A DNA stretch of 22,024 nt from Psammoneis japonica (taxonomy: Eukaryota), in the NCBI GenBank assembly GCA_008632985.1, contig QPGO01000101.1, positions 310,001 through 332,024 of the forward strand, in the 5' to 3' direction. Positions 1 to 11,126 of this stretch are shown here, piece after piece (the first letter of the stretch is position 1; the number at the start of each line of letters is the position of its first letter). Below the pieces are notes generated by a model that saw only the letters and a list, made by a program, of their open reading frames with translations, had not been told where the DNA came from and did no database searches. A program made the position numbers and the translations under genes.

Positions 1-146
1 GATTGTCGTCAGGTGGTGTGTCGAGAGGAGTCGTGATGGAGTGCCGCTTTGTGTTTTTGTGCTGCGTCTGTGCAGGAATGTNGCGTGCTTGGCTCTCGTG
101 TAGTTTCCACACAAAAAGTGCACCAGGCAATCTCTGGACCGCCCTC
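1..146. mobile_element. Terminal fragment of a second copy of the Sola3-like element, running off the window's left edge
   Basis: 2-146 is the reverse complement of 244-389 and a direct match to 3915-4028. It ends in ...gccctc, immediately followed by an intact TTAA (147-150). Confidence 0.8.
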
Positions 147-1531
147 TTAATTGCCGAAGGCATGTCTGCCACGGCACACAAACACAACATCATCTTAAGT
201 GATGACTGCCAAAATCAACTTTTGGCGAAGACATGTGTGTCAAGAGGGCGGTCCAGAGATCGCCTGGTGCACTTTTTACACAGAAACTGCCAGAGAGCCA
301 ATCACGCACATTCCCACACAGACGCAGTGCAAAACAGAAAGCATGGCACTCCATCACGCGACCTCACGACGACACCACCTGACGACAATGCATCAAAATG
401 GCGTCGTCCGCATCTTTCTGCAGCTCCTCTTTCACTTGCCTGATTGCTCCAAAAGGGCCAGGGGAAGCCAACAAGCTTTCTCTTGCAATGGAGCAATGCA
501 GACAAAAGTTGTTTTTTGTTCCAAAATCTCAGAACACAGTGCAACCGATTGTCAAGGTGAACTTGCACGTTGGCGGCAACAACACCAGTTGATGTTCACT
601 CTAGAACAACAATGGAGACGTGACACCCCAACAAAATGAAGTCCACACCCCCATGACAAATTTCAAAGCCAGCTCTTCTTGTTGGCGTGCAATCTTTAGC
701 TGCTTTTTAGACTTGACAAAATGATCATCTGCCCCGGCTGTCACCCTCCAAGTTTGTTGCATTGGCTGACAAATTGGGCAAGCAAGCCACATGTTTCTAG
801 CTTGCAAACTGCCTTGCAGCCAAAAGAAGCAATCTAAACCTTCAGAACAGCCATGATGCACTGGTCTGCCGAATCAAACTCCACATCACCAAGTGGAGGC
901 GGGGAGAGCCATTGTCAAAAATGCACTGTGACGGATCTGAGCTCTTGAGAGCTTGTCCAGCTTTTGACACCACATGGCCCCAAATCACCACATTTGTCAT
1001 GAAGTCAGCCTGATGCTGTGTCTGTGACTTTGCCTCGTTTTGGAATTGCTGCGGCCATCGCATTGCAGAATTGACATTCTTGATGAGGAAAAGTGTTTCT
1101 GGGATGCCTTGCGACGATGGAGACCCTGCAGAACAAAAGAACAATGTAGAAAGAGACAACACATGCAAGTCAAACGGGCATTGATGTGTGAAGCCTCAAC
1201 AAAACACACAGCACAAATGGCGACACATGAGGTCGGTCGTGATGCAACAGAAGTGATGCTGTCAACGCGAACCTTCAGCAAGAATTTTCACCATCAGCTG
1301 CCCATGTGAGCCTGTGTGCTCTCGAGCTTGTCACATGCCTCATGCCATGACGTAAGATGTTCCGTTGAGAGCACACTGCAAAGTGCCTCAGAAACAACCG
1401 CATTTTTGAAATCGGCGAAACGCCATTGTCTGTGTCATTTTGCGTGTCATTTTGCGTCGCAAGCCAGAAAACACTCCCAAAAACTGTTCTGCAGGGCAAA
1501 ATGTGCTGAATCTACACAGATTTGGGTTGCA

Positions 1532-1633
1532 CCAGGCCACACAGAAAATGAACGGGCCGAGAACTGTGGTGCGCCCACTTGGTTAAGTGGGCGTGCCAGA
1601 GTTTTCGGCCCGTTCACTTTCTACGTGGCCTGG
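1532..1633. mobile_element. 102-bp hairpin MITE with a 2-bp TSD (ca, probably ex-TA; Tc1/mariner-like)
   Basis: 49-bp arms (1532-1580, 1585-1633) around a 4-nt loop ggtt. Flanked by ca/ca. The opposite palindrome arm (~2150-2165) shows the empty site ttg-ca-agg. Confidence 0.85.
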
Positions 1634-3342
1634 CAAGGACTGAGGCGAGCGCGCGGCCACACGAAGTTGTCAGTCCCGCCCACTCGTGACTCAGTGCATT
1701 TCCACGGTGAAAATTGCGCAGGAATCTGACGATGACAAAAACGGTCAGATGACTTCCACTGACTGCAATGTGAGCCGCACCTGACGTACATTCTTTGTTT
1801 GTTCACAGTTGAGTTGACCATTTCAGGCGTTGCATGCAGTTGCTTTGACAAATTGGAAGTCATCCGAGACAAAACACAAATCGCACGGAGTGCCGTGGAT
1901 TTGCACGCAATGCAGTGCTTGGCGTCATTTTGGTGAAATTCATCAAAGTGACTGCATCCAACGCTCAAAGGTGTTAATTCATGCACAAAAGAAGATGCAA
2001 TGCACATTGGGTGCAGTTGACATTGCAGCCAGTGGAAGTCATCTGACCGTTTTTGTCATCTTCGGATTCCTGCGCAATTTTCACCGCAGAAATGTGCTGA
2101 GTCACAAGTGGACGGGACTGACAACTTCGTGCAGCCGCGCGCTTGCCTCAGTCCTTGCAACCCAAATCTGTGTGGATTCAGCACATTTCGCCCTGTAGAA
2201 CAGTTTTTGGGAGTGTTTTCTGGCTCGCGGCTCAAAACAACACGCAAAATAACACAGACAATGGCGTTTCACCGATTTGAAAAATGCGATCGTCTCTGAG
2301 GTTGGAACCTGTGTGCTCTCAATGGAATTTGGTGCGTCACATCATAAGATGCGAGACAAGCTTGAGAACGCCCAGGTTCACATGGGCAGATCATGGTGAA
2401 ATTTTGAACTGAAGATTGGTGCTGACATCGCCGATTTTGTTGCATCAACACGCAACTCATGCATCACCATTCATGCTGTGCATTTCGTTGAGCACCCACA
2501 CGCTCACATTCTTTCAACGTGCACGTGTGTTGTCTTTCCTCATTGTTGTTTTGTCATGCAGGGTCTCCCTTGCCATGAGCCATCCCTGAGAGAGAAAAGC
2601 TTGCTTTGAATGTCACTTCTACCTTGCAACGGCCACGGCAGTCTGACGACAAGTCCAAGTCACATGTGCAGCATCAGGGTGACTTCACAACAAACACAGA
2701 AGCTTGGGTCTGTGGCTTCTGAAGATGTTCAAGCTCTTGGCAGCTCAGACTTGTCGTCGAGCAATTTTGCCGCGCATTTGACGTGCATCCAGAAGGTGAT
2801 GCGGAGTTTGACTTGGCAGGCCAGTGCATCATGGTGGTTCTAAAGGCATGGATTGATTCTTTTGGCTGCAAGGTGTTTTGCAGCCCAGAAACATGCAACT
2901 TGTTTGCCCCATTTGTCAGCCAATGCAACAAATTTAGAGGGCGAAGGACGGGACAAATGGGTCATTGTGTCAAGTCTCAAAAGTGGCTCAAGAGTTTCAG
3001 CCAACAAGAGCCATTGGCTTCACAATTTAACAAGTGAGTGCAGAGTGTGTGTGTTGGGGCACAACATCTCCATTGTTGTTCTAGAGTGAACAGCAAATGG
3101 CATTGATTTGGCTGACAGTGCAGCCAATGTGCGGGCGCACCTTGACAATCTGTTGCACTGCATTCTGAGATTGTGGAATGAAAAGAACAACTTCAGTTTA
3201 CATTGTTTCATCATGACAGAAGTGTGCGAGCTTTCCCTGGCCCTTTTGGAGCAATCGGGCAAGTGAAAGAGGAGCTGCAGACAGATGCAGACGATGCCAT
3301 TTTGATGCATGGTCGTCGCACGGTGTCGTCGTGAGTCGCTGA

Positions 3343-3906
3343 CAGGCTCATGGGCTCAGGGGGGAGCTGGGGCTCCCCAGTTTATTTTGTCTGGCGAGGT
3401 GGGTTGTGAGCCACTGGGGCACACCAAGTGCCACGTGCCGCACCACGCACTGTGCCAAGCAGCACGGACCACGCGACGAGCGCATGGTGCACAGTGCAGT
3501 GCACACAGTGCATGCAAATGAACCGCAATGGCAGATGCCATCCATTGCAAGCAGACACCATCAAATGAACACACCATGGAGCATGATGCGCCTGCTGCAG
3601 ATGAGTCTTTTCTCTCCTGAGGAACTTGTTCAATGAGAATCAAACAAGAGTTCTCAGACAAGATCACACTCTCTCTCCTTCTTGCATGCAACAAAAGGCC
3701 TGCCCAGGTGCCCAGCCAGAGCAGACTGCAGTTCAATGTGTGCAACAGATCGCATGATGATGGTCTGACCTGCACCGCAGGGTGTGATCCCCCCCAGGTT
3801 TAACAGGCAGCATGATGGCGCACTCCAAAAACTGGGCCCCTGCTTTTTTTGTCGGGGGGACTCCTCTTTTTCTCGCAAAGTGCTCCCCCCCAAACCCACA
3901 AGCCTG
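3343..3906. mobile_element. Non-autonomous hAT-like element, 564 bp
   Basis: Perfect 8-bp TSD gtcgctga (3335-3342, 3907-3914). 25-bp imperfect TIRs start CAGG (caggctcatgggctcaggggggagc vs caggcttgtgggtttgggggggagc). It interrupts the right arm of the palindrome and is absent from the left arm. Confidence 0.9.
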
Positions 3907-4260
3907 GTCGCTGATGGGCGTGTCATGCTTTCTGTTTTTGTGCTGCGTCTGTGTGGGAATGTGCGTGCTTGTCTCTTGTGTGGCTTCTGTGCAAAAAGTG
4001 TGCCAGGCTGTCTCCGGAGACTGCCCTCTCAATGTTTTGGCAATTTTGTTGGAAAACGAAAACATTTGTCTTACATCAGACACAATTTGTTGTGCTGTAC
4101 ATCCAACAGAATGCAACAAAATCCGTCAGCACAAGTCTGTGCTGAATGACTGGGCATGAGTTTCTGGAAAAAACAAATGGCAGAACCAAATTCCTCATGT
4201 GTGGAAAGGGGGGCAAGGCACTGAGGGTTTGTTGGATGACAGGGTTTGAGGTTGAGATGT

Positions 4261-4657
4261 GACAATCAAAGCAGGTTTGTGTGGGACCTTGCGCTGCCGC
4301 TGAGCTGTGACACTCCTGATGGTTTTTGGAATTGAGTCGCGTGTTGCGCACGTGCACTTCCCGTGATTTTGGTGAAATTTTGCGTCATTTCATGGCACAA
4401 TTGTTGGGCAATCCACTCAACAACTTTTGACGTTTTTTCTTCTGCACCATTCTCAAATGTCTTGAGAGCGGCACAGGGCAGGCAGGCCATCCCCAAAACC
4501 TCAAGTGTGAGCAGAGACAGATGCTCCACAAACTTGATTGTTTGCTTTGTGTTGAAGACAAACATGCCCATCAACCAGAGTGTGAACTTCAGAGCTTGTG
4601 CACAAAATTCCATGGGGCAAATGCCACAAACAGCCCAACCTGGGTCTGGAACATGTC
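4261..4657 (-). mobile_element. Degenerate copy of the ~395-bp GACG...CGTC MITE family
   Basis: Colinear with 16159-16548 (e.g. caacaacttttgac, cacaaacttg...gttgaagacaaa). Right end is ctggaacatgtc. Left end is eroded and no TSD is recognisable. Confidence 0.7.
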
Positions 4658-5094
4658 TTTTGTTGTTGATGACAAAGACAGCCAAATTTTGTCAAGTTGT
4701 GTGCTGAGCAAAAGGACATCGCCAAAGCACATGTTGAGCACAAATGACGTTGAACATTTTGTTGCTGAGTTTTACAATGTTTTTGTCCTGTTTGTCGCCA
4801 ATGATTTTTGCTTTGTCTTGTTTCCCTCTTTTCAAGACAAGCCATCAATCAAAACACTGTGTGTCCCAGAGAGTCACCTCAAATCTGTTGAAAATGTGTT
4901 GGCGGCAGTCCTTGGTTTGCTTGTGCATGTGTCACCTCACCTCACCAAACACAAAGCTGTGTGCAAAAGACATCTCCAATTGTGGCATGGCATGTGGTGC
5001 ATGACCGTTGCGGCACTGTGCATCATCGCGCATGATGCCAATTTGTTTGGGCATGAATGTCTGTGTCAAAAAATCTCAACGGACATCCAAAAAA

Positions 5095-5487
5095 TGTTGA
5101 ACCTGATGGTCTCAACAAAAACTCTGTTGAAACCACATGGTTTCAACAAAACTCTGTTGGCAGCCAAGAAAGTTTTGTTGAGGTTTTCTGTTGAAACCAG
5201 CAGTTTCAACAAAATGAGTTTTTGACAAAAAGTGCTGAAATTGTTGGAATGTTGAAAGTGACGTCATTGTTTGGAGATCGGTGCTTGTCAACATTGTGCC
5301 AACACACACAACAAACACTCCACTTTGATGAGTTGAAAGAACTTGTCAAAAAAACTGCTCACTGCCATGGCAACTTGCACAAAACAAACACCTTGTCTGA
5401 CGCGGAGTTCCGTGCACCACTCAGCGTGCAATGTCTGGCATCCACTCATTTTTCAACAAAATTTGTTCAAACCACATGGTCACAACA
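5095..5487. repeat. Cluster of ~24-bp palindromes tgttgaaacc...ggtttcaaca
   Basis: Copies at 5095-5117, 5125-5148, 5189-5211 and 5464-5487, plus half-sites in between. Confidence 0.7.
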
Positions 5488-5799
5488 AAAATCCGTTGAA
5501 ACTGAAAACATTCTGGGAAGCATGAACTCCTCTGGGGGGGCACCATGTGCAACACTTTTTTGTGTGTGTGCTCCATCATGTGTGAGTGTAAATTTGCAAT
5601 TTGCCAATTCCCTGCACATCCCCTCTCACAACTGTTGTGTCTTGTCACTGCGAGCGCAAGCTGCAGCGCATCTGCAGTGAGGGCCAAGGCTGCAGCAGAG
5701 CCGTGCAAGCTCAAAACACATGTGGTTGATTTGATGGTGTCATTTTGTTCTTTCCCTCTCTTGTGACAAGGGGGCACTTTGTGTTGATGTGCTGATGCT

Positions 5800-7480
5800 T
5801 CAACCATGCTCATCACCTGCAGTGAGTGGATGGTCATGGGGCTGCATGCACACCTGCCCAAAATGTTGACCCCATCCCCTGGGCCCTTTCAGGGGGCATT
5901 CCTTCCTGCAAAATCACCCTCATTTCCAGGGTTTCCCCAAAGAAGGTGAGTCAACTCCCCCTTGCTGCCTTGGCCACATTTTGGGGGATCCACAAATGTG
6001 CAACAACCACGCCGAGGGCTCAAAAATGCAAGCTTGCCAGCTCTGCCACAGACAGAGTGGGGCGCAATGATTGGCGCTTTGCCAGAGGCTTGGCATCTTC
6101 ACTCAAGGCCACAGTGGACACTGTGTCATCTGATGAGGTTGCTGCAGCACACTCTGGAACAGCAGCATCATGCATCATCTTGCTTTGGCCATTTCATGAC
6201 TGAGCATGCAGGTGCGCTGTCTCTCAGCCAATTTGTGTGCCTGGCGCAGTTCTTGATTTCTCTTGGGCAGAGATTCATTTGCACCAGAGCTGCAGTTGAG
6301 TTGACACCAGAGCTGCAATTGAAAGCACACAGTCAAAAAGATTTGTCACCTTGTCAACATCTTCACAAACCCACAAAGCTTTTCAAGAACATGTGTCATC
6401 TTCTCTGCAACAGCGTCATTTGCTGCCAGCACTGCTGCACTCACCTTGTTGGGCTTGTTGTTTTTGGGCTTCTTGTTTGACCACATCATGCAACAGCTTT
6501 CTGAGAATTGGGGCAACACAATGGAAAACAAGCCAGGATTTGACTGGCTTGCTCAGACCATCAAAACAGCCAGGGGCTGTGTGTGTCGGTGAGGGCATGG
6601 CGCTGCATCACTTCTCATGACCCGCGCTGGCTGGCACTGCAAAGAGTGCTCCATCTGTGGCGTGCAGAGAGATTCACATGCACAAGTGAAAATCTGGTCT
6701 GTCCTCTGCCTCATGGCATCTCTGCAAAAGTTTTTTTGTTTCCAAAATTGATGGCTTCTTTGCTGTGCGGTGCTTCTTTTGTGTCGACGGGTTCCAGTCC
6801 TGGGTGGGACTCCGTGTGACATTGGGCCCGCAGAATTCTGCGTGCGAGCTCCGCAGCAAATTTGCACTGCAATGAAAATGCACATGATTGCCAACAGAAA
6901 AAGAGGCAATTTTACAAACGTGTCTCCTCCTTCATGCACGCAGCACATCATTGACAGTTTGCTCGGGCATGTTCTTCAGACATCAAAGAACACACCCGGT
7001 GCATTTTCATTCTCACAAATGTTGAAAATAGAAAGCCTTTTGCTTTGCAAAACAGGGGGCACGAAACAATTTCGTAGAACATCACACGTAGAAATGCACA
7101 TGCGCGACATGCGACACGATCCAAAAAACTGTTGATGTCACAGTTCAGCAGCACGAGGTCCCACCTAGAGCTGGAATTCGTCTGTCTTCTGATGTCGCCA
7201 ATTGATGTGTCTTTGTTCCTGCATTTGCCATGTTTGTGGCTCACGCCACTGCTGCTGTTGCAACAAGGGCCTTTTTTTGCCCCAAGAGGACAGACAGGTC
7301 ATCAACAGAATTCCGCGTGGCAGCTCATCAAAAAAATTCTGAGTTTTTTTGGCATTGAACTTGTGCAGCAAGTCAATCACTCAGCCATCATCTCTTGCAA
7401 TGGCAGCATGACAAGTGCACAATGCACACTTTCATCAAACAATGTGGGCCCACAAACTCTCACTTGTTGTTGATTTGCCT
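5800..7480 (-). pseudogene. Possible decayed coding region of unknown product, interrupted by a MITE
   Basis: Protein-like minus-strand stretches (SWLVFHCVAPILRKLLHDVVKQE; ALGVVVAHLWIPQNVA) broken by TGA stops. No family recognised and boundaries are approximate. Confidence 0.25.
6786..7182 (+). mobile_element. 397-bp MITE, GACG...CGTC family, 4-bp TSD (Sola-like, tentative)
   Basis: TIRs gacgggttccagtcctgggtgggac / gtcccacctagagctggaattcgtc. TSD tgtc (6782-6785, 7183-7186). Colinear with 14204-14599. Confidence 0.9.
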
Positions 7481-7944
7481 TGTTGCCTGCATTTTGCATT
7501 CAGGTGTCATCACAAATTTGAAATGGACAATGTAAAAAGCACCCATCATTGAGGACAATCAACAACAAAAAATCTCAGCAAATTCTTGATCGGTGGATGA
7601 CTTTTCTCGTCACAGAAAATGCAGCGATGTGCTGCTTTTGACCACCCACCGCACCATGCTGCAACATTCATTTGTCCCACTGTTTTCATCAAGATCTCCA
7701 TTGACCTTCTGACTGATGCTTGCAGACTGGGTTTGTGCATCAGTTTGCTCTTGCCCTGACATGACAGACTGGCTGGAAGAGGACAGAGACCAATTTTCTG
7801 CTTGTGGTGCCACAGCAATTCAAAGCGGCGTTGGCTTCGCAGAAATGAATTTTTTGCACCAGTGCAGAAATGCATGCATGTGCATCTGGCACATGAAAAT
7901 CATGCCGGATCAATCTTTTTTCCCAACATTTGGCAATGGCGGCG

Positions 7945-8501
7945 GACGTGTTCCAGCCGTGCGTGAACCAAATCATGCACAAAAACAACATTTGCACAAT
8001 TTTTGCACGGCCCCTGACTTGCGATCGAACTTTCAACACCAAAAGCACAGATTCGCACAAATGCAAATGTTTTGCGACACTGACAAGACTCGTGTGAGTG
8101 TCGCAACATGTTGTTGTTGTTGCGCTCTCTGTGTTTTTCATTGCGCTAAAAGATTTGCAACACAACAGATGATTTTCGGCGAAAATGTTGCTGTCATTTG
8201 GACGTCACCTGAGTGTGTCTTTCTGCGATGCCACTTGGCAGGTTTTCCACCTGCAAAGAAATGTCAGCATAAATCAACTGATGCACAATCAGTGTTGAGT
8301 CCACTGAGGAAGTTTGTGATGCATTTCCCATGAGGATTTGAGTGATGCTCAAAAAACCGTTTGAATGTGCATGCTCAAGAAGCCCACAAAAGTCAATCCG
8401 TCTGAGTGTTTTGCATGAAAATGCTGCACACACTAAAAGATGCATGAACTGCACTCAAAATTGATTGTCGTTTTGTGCGTCACCTGGGGCTGGAGCATGT
8501 C
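7945..8501. mobile_element. 557-bp MITE sharing the GACG-family TIR
   Basis: Ends gacgtgttccagcc / ggctggagcatgtc. TSD ggcg (7941-7944, 8502-8505). Interior differs from the ~395-bp copies. Confidence 0.8.
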
Positions 8502-8820
8502 GGCGGTGGACCGTTCGCAGCTGATGCGCCACTGACACCACGTCAATTGTCATCAAACCCATGGCATGTTGCTTGTCACCCTCTTCTTGGCACACATGTT
8601 CCTTTGAAATTGCGCACTCTTTGGCCACAATCCAGACAATCAACAACATCAACATGGGCAAATGTCTGGTGGGGCAATGGTCTGACATTGCCCACGAACT
8701 CGCGCGCGACATTCTTGCCCGACATGTCTGATTTTTATAAAATTTGGTTTAAATTTTTTTACACACGGTGTCAGAAATCTCACTTCATCATCCAATGTTT
8801 TTTGTCATGTGTCTCAAGAA

Positions 8821-9581
8821 AATGGAGTGGCGCACTTTCAAAAATTCGGTGCGCATGCCTGATCTGCACAAAATGTGCGTGCGCAAAAATGTGCTGCAAA
8901 ATTTGTAGAGATGTTTGTTTGAATTCACTTCACACACAAACATCACGGCAACAACGCCGCGACATCGGCAATGGACGCACACAACAACGACAGCGGACTG
9001 GGAGGTTGTGATGCACTGAGACAACAACTGACATGCAAGAAATGAGGTGTCAATGTCAAATGACAATGATCAAGTTGTTTTGGGAGCTGGTTGAGCCATT
9101 GGTGACGAAGGGTTTTTGGCACGCACAACTTGGTGCTGAAATCACGCAGAGGTTTTGGCCATGGTGGGACTGTTGTTTTTCACTTTTTTTGGGGTGTGTT
9201 TTGTGTTTTCTCGGTCGATCGCATTGATGGAGCACTGAAGTGAGCACGCGACAACAGATTTTGACGAAAAGTTGGATTTTCATTCATTGTGGAGGATTGG
9301 CACGGGGTTTTTAACACGGTGAAGCACGGGGGGACGATTTTTTCACCAGATTTGCAAGATCCTGCATCCCGCCCAATTTGCGCGCATGACATTGGTGGAT
9401 TGATGCATTTTTCACACGCAAAAAGCGCAACAACGTCAACACACCTGACATGACAGACTTCCCGTGCTGTTGTCGCAATGAAGTGAAATCTTGTTGTGTT
9501 CGGTGCGTGGAGTCTAGCACCATTTGTCCGCATGTGGACGAGTGCTGCGCACCGCAATTTTGGAAAGTGCGCCACTCCATT
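8821..9581. mobile_element. ~755-bp TIR element, superfamily unassigned
   Basis: ~35-bp inverted repeat aatggagtggcgcactttcaaaaattcggtgcgca (8821-8855) vs 9546-9581, with weak similarity extending ~130 bp inward. Exact ends and TSD are ambiguous. Confidence 0.7.
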
Positions 9582-10387
9582 CAAATGTGGCGACCATGCG
9601 GAGAATGTTCCCGACATTTTCAAGTGCAGCACTCATCCACTTTTCACTGTGCAACAATTCCCCTTTGTGACAGCCCCCGATTCACATTGCTTTCAAACCC
9701 TGCTTTAAATCTGACAAGCACACGGACAACATTCCCGCCATTTTACAGTGCAACACTTGGATGCTTTTCACATTCTACATTGCTGCAGCTCCCGAGCTGA
9801 GTGGATTTCCCAGTTGACATCAATGCCACAGTCATTTCCTGTCACACATTGGCAAACGCCACCGCCATTCTGCACGCGTCCTCGTTGCACCCTTGGTCGC
9901 TTCTGTGTGTTGTTGTTCACTCCTCCTCATCAAGACCCCATTTTTCCTCTTCTTCTTCCTCTTTGCTCCCTTGCTTGTCATTCCTTCCTTTGGCCTCCTC
10001 CTTGCTGTCACTCCAATCATTTTTTGGAGCAGCCCATCCACTCATGCTGTCCTTTTTTTCTTCTTTCTTTTCTGCAGGCACTGTGCATTGACTCTGCCGC
10101 AATCCACTCTCTCCTTCACCACAGCATCGCAGAGTTTGTCGCACTTGTCGATCTCATCCTGGTTCCATCCTTGATTTCGTTTTGCACCTTTCCCCAAGAA
10201 AGTGCACTTGGTGGCCACGGGTTGTTTCAGTGGTGCAGCCACGTGACCTTGTTCGAATTGCTCTTCGATCTCTGCCACCGACACGGCCGTTTCACAGCAG
10301 TTGTCATGCATCAGCCTGGCAAAAGCTTCTGTGCATGTTGTCAGCCAATCGCAGACACCTTGGCTGTCTGCTGTTTTAACATGGCAT

Positions 10388-10971
10388 GAGACGAAAATTG
10401 TTTGGAATTTTTTCTGGTGTGATTTCCACACGTTTCTACACAAAGCGATGGTTGCACTTCGGCTTTTCCCAGGATGCCATCAAATGCTGCGTTTCCTTCA
10501 ACCAAGTGTCCTGCATTCTCAATTGGTGTCTCCTTGACTTGCCTGTGGAAAGAAGCTGCAAGTTTCAAGATTGTGTCAATGAGATGTTCCTGTTGGCAAA
10601 AAAAAGGTCCTGTTTTTTCGCCCCAAGTTTTTGAATTAGATGCTCAGATGGGAAAAAGTGTCGAAAGGTGCAGTTTCTTTCACTCGGCAGGAAGCCAAGA
10701 CAGTGGAGAAAGTGTCTGCATGCTTGAACTCACAAGTGTTTTTGTCTTGGAAGTGCCTTTCATGGCCTTTCCAAGACGATGTAGAGAACGAGGCAACAAA
10801 TGAGCAATCGCCAAAACGGAATTTCCGTTGAGCGACACACTTGCAATCACGCGCATGCCAACCCATGTGATTCGCCAATGAGACACAATGCTTTTGTCCG
10901 ACGACGAATTCCTGATTCCCGTGATTTTCAATGAAAATGCGCGCGGAAACGATTTTCACAATTTTCGTCTC
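10388..10971. mobile_element. 584-bp MITE with GAG...CTC ends and a 4-bp TSD (Sola2-like, tentative)
   Basis: Perfect 14-bp TIR gagacgaaaattgt / acaattttcgtctc. TSD gcat (10384-10387) / gcac (10972-10975). Inserted in the accessory pseudogene. Confidence 0.8.
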
Positions 10972-11059
10972 GCACCACCTTGAAGTGCTCTGTTCCTGCC
11001 GCTGGGGGGGCAGCAATTTTCCAAGAACCAGAAGTGCGTTTGAGGCAACGCAGCCATTT

Positions 11060-11126
11060 CTGAGCAAGAATCAATTTGTGAGAACACTGGCCCATCTCAT
11101 CCACGCACAGCCCTGACAGTGCTTGC
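11060..11126 (-). other. 67-bp spliceosomal intron with donor GCAAGC (probably ex-GTAAGT)
   Basis: Minus strand: G|gcaagc...ctcac...ctcag|AA. Splicing gives ...RKKLV-E-MAALPQTHFWFLEN. Confidence 0.6.

Larger units (their letters stand above)
244..4028. mobile_element. Non-autonomous palindromic (foldback) DNA transposon, Sola3-like (GAG...CTC ends, TTAA-derived TSD); Kolobok is the alternative
   Basis: Arms 244-~1885 and ~1893-4028 align in inverted orientation along their length once two insertions are removed. Termini are gagggc/gccctc. Both flanks are tcaa (240-243, 4029-4032), while the sister copy has ttaa. GAG ends, TTAA targets and long TIRs are the described Sola3 hallmarks. Confidence 0.75.

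Noticed and set aside
188..204. Short near-palindrome catcatcttaagtgatg at the centre of the 147-243 spacer
   Set aside because: It is too short to distinguish from chance. Homology with the 4028 end stops at gccctc, supporting real element termini instead.
600..3090. Protein-coding remnant in both palindrome arms (e.g. DAEFDLAGQCIM...)
   Set aside because: Arm-to-arm differences show no evident codon-position bias by eye, include frame changes, and match no family I recognise.
4521..5225. 234-aa ORF with similarity to the start of ORF 16273
   Set aside because: The similarity comes from the shared MITE, and the remainder runs through a palindrome array.
5095..5250. CRISPR-like array
   Set aside because: The repeats are degenerate, abut with almost no unique spacers, have no cas genes nearby, and lie in a eukaryotic context.
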